NCBI GenBank assembly: GCA_963818525.1
Contig: CAWFSO010000004.1
Coordinates: forward strand, 49,624 to 113,623
Direction of reading: 5' to 3'
Length of the DNA: 64,000 nucleotides
From: an uncultured Rikenellaceae bacterium
GTDB taxonomy: Bacteria > Bacteroidota > Bacteroidia > Bacteroidales > VadinHA17
Part shown: positions 19,655-28,980 of the stretch, in pieces
Layout: each line of letters starts with the position of its first letter
Position numbering within the stretch: position 1 is the first letter of the stretch
Position numbers and translations under genes: made by a program
Notes under the pieces: model-generated
The model's database searches: none
What the model was told of the DNA's origin: nothing
The model's input: only the letters and a program-made list of their open reading frames with translations

Positions 19655-20572
19655 ATGAACGCCAGGGAATCGTTTATTGCCAGGACTGACGGAATAAGAA
19701 ATGCACGGCTGCCCGGATTTGACGGGGCCCCGCTGGAACTGGTAACGAGATTAATAGTCAAGGGCCTCTTCGGACGAGGGGTGCTGGTCACGAGGGCATC
19801 ATCAATAGCCTTCAACATGCTCATGGCTCTGCTCCCTGCAACGATCTTTCTCTTCACCCTCATCCCCTTTATCCCCATCCCTAACTTCCAGACCGAACTG
19901 ATACGGCTCTTTGAAAATTTGATACCGGTACCGGCCTACAGCTTTCTCGAGACTACCATCGTTGACGTGATCACCAACAAAAGCGGGACACTGCTTTTGC
20001 TTATGTTCCTGGCGACCATTACATTTTCAACCAATGGCATTCATGCGCTCATTCATGCCTTCAACGTCTCAGCCCATGGCTTTGAGAGCCGCTCATGGCT
20101 TCAACAGAGGAAGATTGCCGTTTTCCTGCTCCTCTTCATCCTTATCATGTTCTACGCCTCCAGCGCACTGATCATTCTGAGCCGCTCGGTGGTTGACAGG
20201 CTGGTGGAGATAGGCGTACTGGAGTTTAACCTGGTATACTATGTGATAATGGTCTTCAAATGGATACTTATCATTGCCATGCTCTTCTTTGCCATCTCAA
20301 CCATGTATTACCTGGTTCCCGCCCGTAAAAAGGATTTCAGGTATATTTCCCCCGGATCAATCCTGGCAACTACACTCTTTATTGTCACCTCGCTGGGCTT
20401 CTCCGCCTACGTGAATAACTTCGGACAGTATAATAAGTTGTATGGTTCCATCGGGACGCTCATCATGATCCTGATCTGGCTCTACCTTAACTCTGTGGCG
20501 CTGCTGGTGGGGTTCGAGCTGAATGTCAGCATCAGGGCCGCCACCTGCGCTAAACCACCTGCAGACCAGTAA
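19655..20572 (+). CDS. YihY/BrkB-family inner-membrane protein
   Basis: 305 aa and polytopic. Family-typical features are SIAFNMLMALLPATIFL and the C-terminal YGSIGTLIMILIWLYLNSVALLVGFELN. Confidence 0.8.
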   Translation: MNARESFIARTDGIRNARLPGFDGAPLELVTRLIVKGLFGRGVLVTRASSIAFNMLMALLPATIFLFTLIPFIPIPNFQTELIRLFENLIPVPAYSFLETTIVDVITNKSGTLLLLMFLATITFSTNGIHALIHAFNVSAHGFESRSWLQQRKIAVFLLLFILIMFYASSALIILSRSVVDRLVEIGVLEFNLVYYVIMVFKWILIIAMLFFAISTMYYLVPARKKDFRYISPGSILATTLFIVTSLGFSAYVNNFGQYNKLYGSIGTLIMILIWLYLNSVALLVGFELNVSIRAATCAKPPADQ

Positions 20573-20670
20573 ACAGTCTGCGTCCCCGGGGGAACCGGCC
20601 GCCGGTGACCAACTTCATGTGTCAGGCCGCCGGAAGCAGACCGGCCAGTTGCAGCACAGGTGCCGGCAGG

Positions 20671-22560
20671 TCAGTATGCAGACTGGCCCCGGTTTAAATA
20701 GACTCTTCGCTTATCGTTCTTGGCAGCCAGGTTCAGGAAGGCAAACAGCTCCTTCGCACTCTCTCCCCTGTAGGTTCCCGTGTTGATCTTCAGCTTCCTG
20801 GTAAAGAGAAGAGATCCGTCATCAAGATTGTCGATCCTGTAGCTGTAGACTCCATACGGGCCCTCTGCGGTTACCGGTTCGGGGATATATTCGGGTTTGT
20901 ATCCTGCCGGTATCTTGTATACAATCGAATCAATTATATCCTCCCTTTCATAGATCTTTACAGCAATGGTGTCAAAGGGTTGATATTCAAATGCATTGAG
21001 GCAAGGCCTGAAATGTATCCTGGTGCCGGCGAAAACGGCAAAATCGGCCATTGTGAGATCAAAGGAGAGCTCCGACACAGGATCTTCCTGCCTTCTTTCG
21101 GTATATGACACCGTGTCGGCGCTGAAGGTTCCGAGTTCCATCCCGCTGTTGAGCATTCTTTTCATCTCGGTGACTGTCTTGCCGTTGAAGATCCGGTTCT
21201 TGTCATAACCCAGGCCGCCGCCGGTCATGGTGAATGATCCCCTGGATGCTTCCCTGCGGCCGACTGTGATAACCCCGGTATTCTTCATGTAGCTGTTACG
21301 GAACTGCGGCGTGCGGACGAGCTTTCCACCCTGAGGGGTTATCAGCAGCACATCCCTGTCAGAGGTAAAGGTTCCGAGATAGTTGAACGGGATGGTCTGG
21401 TTGGTGCATTCCAGCCATACCGTGTCACCCTGCAGAGGAACACACAGGATGATGTGATCAAACTGGTCGGACACGAATGACGGAATGATGTATTGGTTGG
21501 TTCCTGATTTTACCCATGTGTAGTATGAAATGATTCCGGCCTCTTTCAGCAATGCCGACATATAATTTGTAAGACCCTTGCAGTCGCCATAGCCCTTCTC
21601 CGACACCTCCATGGCGGGAGCGGGTTTATAGCCTCCTATGCCCAGCTGAATCGAGGCATAGCGGGTTCGCGACTGCATGTAGCGGTAGAGTACCTCGGTC
21701 TTTTCCCTGTCGCTCTGCAGCCCCGAGGTTATTTCCGCAATGCGCTTTTTCTCGGCATCACTTAGCTGGTCAAGCCCCTGGTTCAGCTTCCATGCCCACT
21801 CTCCCAGGCTCTCCCATGAGCGCATGCTGCCGCTGATGCCTCCGAATTCAAAGTCATCTATGGCTGCAAGCAGATAAGGACGGCGGGCAATGGCAAGCGG
21901 TGAAAAGTACCACTTCCTGACAGCCGGAATACCCCTCTGAACCCAGGTATAGATGGTCTTGTCCTCCATCCGGATGCTGTCATAAGACGCATTCATGTTA
22001 TACTCCGAGTACCTGAAGGGCACGGAGTTGGGAACGATGTACTGCACACCCGACTCTTCGACCGACAGGTTAGGGTCAGTATGAAAATACCAGTCTCTGA
22101 GGTTGAGTGATCCGCTGATGATCACATCATATTCGACTTCAATTGTAAAGGGATACCGGTTGACCGGGAAAAGGATCCTCTTCCTCCTGGAATCGGAGAC
22201 GAATCCTCCTCCATCACTCACATCCATGATCCGTGAAGCGGGGATTGACTCAACGAACTTGCCGTCAGCATCATAGACTGCTGCGCTTAACCTTTGAACT
22301 GTCCTGAACCTGTCATAAGGGACCTGGAAATAACGAAGATCATCAGCGCTTTCATTCAGGAGGGTGATCACCAGCCTGTAGCTGGCCTTTGCCTTGCTGA
22401 CAGACTCCACCGTGTAGACCATCTGGTGGCTTCTGACAACTGCCGAGGCATTTTCACGCAGTTCAACGGGTATTGAATCAACCGAGTACTTGTAGCCGAA
22501 GGCTCCCATGGGAATCATGAAAGCCATGATAAGAACAATTGAAAGTCGTTTCATCTTCAT
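20671..22560 (-). CDS. DUF3857 / transglutaminase-like cysteine-protease-fold protein (catalytic Cys retained)
   Basis: 629 aa with a signal peptide. The transglutaminase core motif is GYGDCKGLTNYMSALLKEAGI, followed by FDHIILCV. It is adjacent to a paralogous gene. Confidence 0.75.
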   Translation of the reverse strand: MKMKRLSIVLIMAFMIPMGAFGYKYSVDSIPVELRENASAVVRSHQMVYTVESVSKAKASYRLVITLLNESADDLRYFQVPYDRFRTVQRLSAAVYDADGKFVESIPASRIMDVSDGGGFVSDSRRKRILFPVNRYPFTIEVEYDVIISGSLNLRDWYFHTDPNLSVEESGVQYIVPNSVPFRYSEYNMNASYDSIRMEDKTIYTWVQRGIPAVRKWYFSPLAIARRPYLLAAIDDFEFGGISGSMRSWESLGEWAWKLNQGLDQLSDAEKKRIAEITSGLQSDREKTEVLYRYMQSRTRYASIQLGIGGYKPAPAMEVSEKGYGDCKGLTNYMSALLKEAGIISYYTWVKSGTNQYIIPSFVSDQFDHIILCVPLQGDTVWLECTNQTIPFNYLGTFTSDRDVLLITPQGGKLVRTPQFRNSYMKNTGVITVGRREASRGSFTMTGGGLGYDKNRIFNGKTVTEMKRMLNSGMELGTFSADTVSYTERRQEDPVSELSFDLTMADFAVFAGTRIHFRPCLNAFEYQPFDTIAVKIYEREDIIDSIVYKIPAGYKPEYIPEPVTAEGPYGVYSYRIDNLDDGSLLFTRKLKINTGTYRGESAKELFAFLNLAAKNDKRRVYLNRGQSAY

Positions 22561-22565
22561 GGCTG

Positions 22566-24524
22566 CTAGATCTCCTTCTTTAATATGATGACCTCTGCCT
22601 GTTTGCGAATGATTTCAGAATAGAATTTCCTGATTGAGGCGTACCTATCGGGAAGGTAGGTGACGGTGGAGAAGCTGATCTCCGACTCAAGCGTGACCTT
22701 TCGGCCGTCAGCGCTGATGTTGTAGATGAACCCGGCTCCTCCCCCATCCATTCGCAAATTTACCGACTGAGGAAGTTCTGCTACGGTCCATCCCTCGGGA
22801 ATGGTTATGGTGCATCTGTATTTCTCCGTTGAGGGGCATGTCAGGTCAATCACCGAAATACGCTCTTCGGCGTAAAATTCATTCGATTCCTTGCGGCCAT
22901 ACAGGACAGGATTCAGGTACATGAAACCGTCGCCATTGTCTGTGGCCCCCGGGATGGCAAGGCTGATCCTCTCAATGACCGGTTCCTCCGGCTTTTCGAG
23001 GTTTTCAAGCTCAAGACCTGAAATTTTCCAGTCTGAATAGACTGACTGCATAAAATCGCGGTAAGCCTCGGTTCCCTGGAGGGAACAGGTCTTCCTCACC
23101 ATCCATGCGTAATAGCTCTCATAGACGTTGGTTGCCTTTCCGGTCAGGCCGCCCTTTTCATCCAGCTCCATTTCGAGGGAGACTGTTTCGCCGTAATGCT
23201 CACCATTGTTCAGGTCTACCCATGACCCTCCCAGTTCGTCAACCAGCCATCCCTGTCCGTTGAGGCACTCCTCCGGCAGCATGTTGAACGGCCTCAGAGG
23301 GTCGGTAGCGTCGATGACATATACTTTCCCCTCTGCCGTTGCTGCAACAGCCACATGATTGAACTTCCTGATGATCGCGAAGAAGGGGTTAACCAGGCCA
23401 TGTTCGCGCGTACTGAGTATCAGCGGATCCGCCTGTAACCCGGCCATCCTGAGCATTGCCAGGAGCATCAGGTTAATGTCTGCCGCATTACCCCGCGCGT
23501 CCTCATAAATTTTTGACATTGAGGCGGAAGCGGTGAAGTCGGAGTAACCGTTCCACATCATATAATCGGAAACCCAGGTAAAGATGCGTCTGAGAATATC
23601 TGTTTCAGATCCTCCCATTGACTTAAGCTCATCTGCCTTTTTCCTGACCACTGCAGCCTTATCAATGTAACCTCCGAAATCTGTCCGGGCCAGCAGCTTC
23701 TCCGAAAGTCTGGGGTAGGTAGGCGAGACCTCCTCGAAGTAGTAACCGGGGATATTGATCTTTGAGAGTTCGAACCCGATCCTCGCGTAAAAGTCCTCCG
23801 AGCCGGTGCTGAACGGCTCCTCACGGTAAGCCGGTATGTTGTTTCCTCTCCATGTCCCAGAGAATCCTTCAACACTGCTGTCTCCGAACAGAACCCTTCG
23901 CTGCCCGCTGTTGTACCTGATGCCGAAGAGATTTCCGCCGGGCACGAATTTGTACTCGAAATAGCCGGGGAACTCGACCTGGAAATTGCATCTCCTGACG
24001 GGGATGTCATGCTGGAACTCCAGGGTATAGAGGGTAAAGTAGTCAGGGCTCTCCAGGGTGTACCTGTATTCAATCACCGTGCCGGGCCTGACATTTGGGA
24101 CCGAGAAACGCAGTGTGCTCGTGTAACGGCTCGTATTTTCATAATAGAGACTCTTTTTGTCGACCAGGCTCTGCACGGTAACCCCATCTTCCAGGTTATA
24201 GGCCGCAGCCCTCATCCCTATGATCTTCTCATCACTGCCATAGGGCAGCTCGACATTGGCGTAATCGAGCCCGTCGGTATTGATGATCTTGATCCTCACA
24301 TGGCAATCGGTAACGACGGTGATCTTCTCGGCGGATCGCATACTTACCATGGCATGGTTTTCCAGGATCACGGCATCAGCCGACGGATCGGGTTCATACA
24401 CTGCCATTTCAAGATCCTCCTTCGGGATCTCGCCGAAGGTGATCTCTTTGATCTGGCCGGCTAGTGATGTGCTGAAGGCCAGGGAGACCAGGCTCAAGGT
24501 TATCAGTCGAAAAGAATTGTGCAT
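22566..24524 (-). CDS. DUF3857 / transglutaminase-like protein (catalytic Cys apparently replaced)
   Basis: 652 aa with a signal peptide. The equivalent core reads ARGNAADINLMLLAMLRMAGL...FNHVAVA, with Ala in place of Cys. It lies 5 nt from the downstream paralog. Confidence 0.7.
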   Translation of the reverse strand: MHNSFRLITLSLVSLAFSTSLAGQIKEITFGEIPKEDLEMAVYEPDPSADAVILENHAMVSMRSAEKITVVTDCHVRIKIINTDGLDYANVELPYGSDEKIIGMRAAAYNLEDGVTVQSLVDKKSLYYENTSRYTSTLRFSVPNVRPGTVIEYRYTLESPDYFTLYTLEFQHDIPVRRCNFQVEFPGYFEYKFVPGGNLFGIRYNSGQRRVLFGDSSVEGFSGTWRGNNIPAYREEPFSTGSEDFYARIGFELSKINIPGYYFEEVSPTYPRLSEKLLARTDFGGYIDKAAVVRKKADELKSMGGSETDILRRIFTWVSDYMMWNGYSDFTASASMSKIYEDARGNAADINLMLLAMLRMAGLQADPLILSTREHGLVNPFFAIIRKFNHVAVAATAEGKVYVIDATDPLRPFNMLPEECLNGQGWLVDELGGSWVDLNNGEHYGETVSLEMELDEKGGLTGKATNVYESYYAWMVRKTCSLQGTEAYRDFMQSVYSDWKISGLELENLEKPEEPVIERISLAIPGATDNGDGFMYLNPVLYGRKESNEFYAEERISVIDLTCPSTEKYRCTITIPEGWTVAELPQSVNLRMDGGGAGFIYNISADGRKVTLESEISFSTVTYLPDRYASIRKFYSEIIRKQAEVIILKKEI

Positions 24525-24609
24525 CGCTTTGATAAGGTTAACAGTCGAAAAAGATTATGCATCGCTTTGATAAGGTTAACAGTCGAAAAAGATTATGCAT
24601 CGCTTTGAT
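24504..24609. repeat. 38-bp tandem repeat (about 2.8 copies) that duplicates the start codon and first codons of the 22566..24524 gene
   Basis: The copies are at 24504-24541, 24542-24579 and 24580-24609. Copies B and C both read cagtcgaaaaagattatgcatcgctttgat; the full 38-bp unit continues aaggttaa, whereas copy C diverges after tttgat. Copy A differs at a few positions and holds the annotated ATG (24524). Confidence 0.9.
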
Positions 24610-24622
24610 GTGATTACTATTT

Positions 24623-27346
24623 TTATTCCTTAGCCGGGTCATACCTCCAGAAGTCAACCCTCCAATCATCGCCTCCTCCGAAATAGATCATGCCCTCATA
24701 TCCAAAATCGAGTGAGTTTGCCCTGAAGTATGGCAGTTCATTTTCAAGTTCATCCCATGAATTTAAAGCCGGATCCCAGGAAAATATCTGATTGTTGCCA
24801 TATGCTCCGTGCCCCAGGTAAACTCTTCCGTTATATACAACCATCATCAGACCGTAATCACCTGGACCGGGGTATACAGATACAGTTGACCAGGTATCAC
24901 TGACAGGAAAATATTCCCATATTTTTTGGTCAAGGGAAATGGCAAAGTTCCGTCCGTCAACAGTGAAAAAGTTTGACTCAATGCAGTCGAATGGCATATC
25001 CTTCAGCCTGGTCCATCTTTCAGCCTCCGGTGTGTACTTCCAGAATTCATTGATATAATAACCAGAGTGGGCCATCCAAAGTCCGCCTCCCGCATAAAGA
25101 ACCGAATCGCCGTCCATCAGAGAGACATGTGTACTGAGGCTGCCCGGGGGAGCAGATGCTGAACTGAAAGACATTGTATTCCTGTCAAATATTAAAAACT
25201 GGGATGCACCATAGGTAAATGCGAACATATAGGCTTTGTCACCTTTTACTACCGGCCTCTCAAAGAAGTCCATGGAGGTGTTGAACTGACCTGCAGAGAC
25301 GAAGGTTCCTGATCCCGGAACAAATTTGTACAGGGTCACCTCCTGCGAGGCGATAGGTGCTGCAACAAAAACTTCATTACCAAAATCCATCGTGAATGAA
25401 TTATTCTGAAACGGCAGATCCGGAAGTCTCTTCCATGGGGAAATATATTCAAATTCATTGCCGGAGGTGACTGTATAGCCGCATACTGACAATGAGATGC
25501 GGTAATTTCCCTCAGGCACTGCCGGCATCAGGAATTTTATTTCATTGCGGCCGCAGCTGCTTACCGTCGCCTCCATACCATTAATCCTGACCACGTTGTA
25601 TTCATTAACCCTGCTGAAATTCAGACCGGTGACCGTAACCTCCGTACCGGCCCTGCCGGAAACTGGTGAGAAGTAATTGATTACGGGAGCATCAACCTGA
25701 AATATCTCTTCGGTGGCGAGGTACGATTCGACCCAATCGCGCCAGGCCCATGTCATGATAGGTCCTGATGTAAATTCCACTGAAGGAATAATCACCCTTG
25801 CATTAGTGCTGTTACCTGAGACAAAATCGCAATAGTATCCCCCCTGCTCCGGGTGATCCGGGTCCATGGCTATAAGAAACCTTGTCACGTTGTTCAGATT
25901 CGTGCCTCCTATGGTGAGCGTATCTCCCGGTGAACCATGAGTAGGATAGAATGATGTTATTTTCGGATTGGTCAGGGTAAAGGGTTCACCGTAGACAGCG
26001 GAAGAACCACAGACAGTGACGCTGATCACAGCTTCACCAGTATAATTGCCAGGTGCATAGCATTGAATCCTGGTGTCAGTCGCACTTATAACCTGAGATT
26101 CAATACCGTTGAATTTTACTGTTGTATAATAGTTTATGAAATTCTTCCCGGTTATTGTGACAACCCCGCCGACATAATCACTCATGGGGCTGACGGATGT
26201 AATCACAGGAGGCGACAGGTAAAAGACAGGTACTGTGGTGAATACGAACTGTCTGTACCTGTATGTAATGGTGACCGGCGATTCAGTAAGTGATCCCGGC
26301 ACGATGACCTTCAGGGAATCCCTTGTCACCGAAACAATCGTCGCAGGGTGAGTGCCAAACAAAACTTCCGTCTGCTGGAGGTCAGTATTGAAAAACCCGT
26401 AAAGGGTGACTGTATCTGGCCGGAATGCTATGGTTGGGTAAATCCTTGCTATTGACGGAGGCAGAATGGTAAAGGGATCGTCCCACGGGAAAGTGCCTCC
26501 GCCGGCAGAGAAGGTTATGGAGGTCAGATCAAGATCAGCTATCGGCGGGACTATTATCCTCACACTGTGGCCATCGTAGGGTTCAATCGGAAGCAGGTGC
26601 ATATTCCCGATGAGAAACTGAAGGTTGTCAACATTCCTGAGGTTTCTGAAGAATATTTCAACGGTATCGCCCCAGTGGACCTCGGCGGGACTGAATGATT
26701 CAATCTCCGGAAGATCGACTGTAAGCGGTGTCTGCATGAAGCTTACCCTGTTTCCTGCAATCTCGACACTGATAATGTTCACGCTGCCTGAAACGGTAAA
26801 GGGTACAACCACCTTCAGCAATGTATCCGTCGCCGGTTCACAGACCCATGCTGTTGCATCATTAAACCTGACGGTGTTGAATGCCCTGACCCAGCTGAAG
26901 TTCCTGCCCCTGATCATGATCGTATCACCGCAGAGAGCTCTCCCCGGAGAGAAGCCGGTGATCACCGGGCCCTGGCTGCCCAGGCTTTTAAATTCGACGG
27001 TGTTGCCGTAGACAATGTAATCGCCCGCTTTGACAAATGCAGTCACTTCGTAAGATTCGCCTTCAGCAAGGGCTGACCTGACCTCTGCACTGAACTGACC
27101 AGTACCGCTGAAAGGACCCAGCAGTATTCTGTTATCATTATCAATGTTCGGGTAATTGGCCGCCCAGGCAAATCCATGTTCCGTAATCTCTCCGTTCCCC
27201 GGCTCATAAATTTCAGCGGTAAAGAGTGCTCCCTCAGGTGTGATGTTGGTGACCTCCAGGGTCTTGACCCGCGGATAATCCCTCGGAACAGGCTCATCTT
27301 CACAACCTGCCAGGGTGAATAAAAACCCGGCGAGACAGGCCCACAT
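24623..27346 (-). CDS. Lipoprotein with multiple IPT/TIG domains and a C-terminal Kelch-like beta-propeller
   Basis: 907 aa with the lipobox FTLAGCEDE. Repeated IPT/TIG modules are visible (ITGFSPGRALCGDTIMIRGRNF, ITSVSPMSDYVGGVVTITGKNF, ITSFYPTHGSPGDTLTIGGTNL, INYFSPVSGRAGTEVTVTGLNF). The C-terminal region has propeller-like W/Y/G repeats. Confidence 0.75.
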   Translation of the reverse strand: MWACLAGFLFTLAGCEDEPVPRDYPRVKTLEVTNITPEGALFTAEIYEPGNGEITEHGFAWAANYPNIDNDNRILLGPFSGTGQFSAEVRSALAEGESYEVTAFVKAGDYIVYGNTVEFKSLGSQGPVITGFSPGRALCGDTIMIRGRNFSWVRAFNTVRFNDATAWVCEPATDTLLKVVVPFTVSGSVNIISVEIAGNRVSFMQTPLTVDLPEIESFSPAEVHWGDTVEIFFRNLRNVDNLQFLIGNMHLLPIEPYDGHSVRIIVPPIADLDLTSITFSAGGGTFPWDDPFTILPPSIARIYPTIAFRPDTVTLYGFFNTDLQQTEVLFGTHPATIVSVTRDSLKVIVPGSLTESPVTITYRYRQFVFTTVPVFYLSPPVITSVSPMSDYVGGVVTITGKNFINYYTTVKFNGIESQVISATDTRIQCYAPGNYTGEAVISVTVCGSSAVYGEPFTLTNPKITSFYPTHGSPGDTLTIGGTNLNNVTRFLIAMDPDHPEQGGYYCDFVSGNSTNARVIIPSVEFTSGPIMTWAWRDWVESYLATEEIFQVDAPVINYFSPVSGRAGTEVTVTGLNFSRVNEYNVVRINGMEATVSSCGRNEIKFLMPAVPEGNYRISLSVCGYTVTSGNEFEYISPWKRLPDLPFQNNSFTMDFGNEVFVAAPIASQEVTLYKFVPGSGTFVSAGQFNTSMDFFERPVVKGDKAYMFAFTYGASQFLIFDRNTMSFSSASAPPGSLSTHVSLMDGDSVLYAGGGLWMAHSGYYINEFWKYTPEAERWTRLKDMPFDCIESNFFTVDGRNFAISLDQKIWEYFPVSDTWSTVSVYPGPGDYGLMMVVYNGRVYLGHGAYGNNQIFSWDPALNSWDELENELPYFRANSLDFGYEGMIYFGGGDDWRVDFWRYDPAKE

Positions 27347-27530
27347 CAGAAATCCTCATGTGACCCCGACCATAAGATGGCTTGATTGACATCCTGCTTG
27401 AAATATCAGACACTCGTAAATTTAACAAACATTTTTGGACAATCCTGACGCAATATTCGAAAACATGCTCAAAAACATCTGCCCGCCGGATTAATTTTAT
27501 TAAGTTAGTACTCTCCATTCCTGCAAAGCA

Positions 27531-28764
27531 ATGAAACGGGGTCTGCTGATAATTATTCTTACTGTCTCGCTGTGCGGCATAGTGTCTGCACAGTCGGAAT
27601 TCATGAACGGCTACATCATCAAAAAGGATGGAAGCTACACATACGGCCAGTTGAAATACATATCAAAAGGCTACACGGCGAAGGAGTGCCTCTTCAGGTG
27701 GTTTGACATCTCAACCGAGCACCTCTTTCTGCCCGGAGATATTGAAGCATTCGGCTTCACCCACGGCATGAGGTACAAGTCTGTATTTAACGTGGGAGGA
27801 AAAATTTTCATGGCATGTCTTACTGACGGAGAACTCGATCTGCTCTATGACGGATCAAGGATGTATCTTGACGGGATGGGCATTGACATAGTGCCACTGG
27901 GAAACAATGCCGGCAGTTTCATTGCAGACGGGGAGATGGTGAGCTACAGCGACTACAGGGATCTGCTTGAAAAGCTTCCGGACCCGGACAACAAATTCTC
28001 TGTGCCATCTGACATCTCCCTGAATCCTGAAAAAATGGCGGAGGTGATAGCCTCCTACAATAGCAGTCGTGAGCGTAAAGGCGACGGTATTCGCTCTGAA
28101 GAACCCGTCAGGAGTGTATGAGGAGATGCGCAACCTGGGTGCATTCATGAGCAATTACGGGGTGCTGGCCGGAATGATCGCATCAAGGTACGATGCTGAA
28201 AAAGTAAACTACAGCCATCTGGGATTCGTGCCGGAGATGGATTTCTTTGAGGTGACGCCTCTCTTTGGCCTCTGGTACAACCGGCCGCTGACCAGGAAAA
28301 AAGACTATATCTCCGCCCAGGGAGAGATAATGGTATTTACGACAAATGTTTACATGTATGACGAAAGAGAAACTTCTTACGTCACACAGAGAAGCGACAT
28401 CAATCTGAGCTACACCGGAATTAAAGTGCCCCTCTTTTTAAGGGTCAGCCTCCTCGAAGGGAGTGTTAAGCCTTTCTTCAGCGCCGGTGGCTTCGCGATG
28501 TTCAACCTGGGTGCTCAATATTCAAGGGAGGGAGAGAATGAGGATTATTTTCACGTCGTCAGGCCATTCACAGACAACTCCATTATTCTTAACACGTCGA
28601 TGTTTGGCGCCCTGGCAGGAGTCGGTGTCAAAAAGGAGCTCAGCCCTAAAAAGAGCTTCTCCCTGGAGTTCAGGGCCGAATACGGCTCAGGTATTTACGA
28701 CAGGGAAGGCATAAATCAGAAGACCATCAGCTTCAATCTCATCGCCGGATTTGATTTTCTCTGA
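27531..28764 (+). pseudogene. Probable single outer-membrane beta-barrel gene split by a frameshift (ORFs 27531..28121 and 28069..28764)
   Basis: The first ORF has a signal peptide (LLIIILTVSLCGIVSAQ). The second lacks one, starts at GTG and ends with a barrel-type terminal strand (ISFNLIAGFDFL). The second frame is open from 28051, and the two ORFs overlap by 53 nt. Confidence 0.45.
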
Positions 28765-28980
28765 TTTTTGCCGGAGACTTACTGGCTTACCGGTGGCTGA
28801 TTCACCCAGGGAAAATAAGGGATTACCTGTCGTGCAGATCGTGCATTGCCCGTACCAGAAATAATAGTTTGTCTGAGGTGCTGGTCCTGAACTGAATGCT
28901 GAGGCAATGATTTCTAATCTGCAATGCTTATCCTGCATTGCCGGCATCCAATAATGGCTTCCTGCAGCCCGGATCGTACC

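Noticed and set aside
20523-20786. An 87-aa plus-strand ORF in and beyond the yihY 3' end.
   Set aside because: It overlaps the ends of two convergent, well-supported genes. It is Arg/Pro/Gly-rich translation of GC-rich non-coding and antisense sequence.
28921-28942. A short inverted repeat, gcaatgc-ttatcct-gcattgc, between the convergent barrel and GS-family genes, considered as a possible terminator.
   Set aside because: The stem is only 7 bp, is AT/GC-mixed and has no flanking T-tract, which is too weak to annotate.
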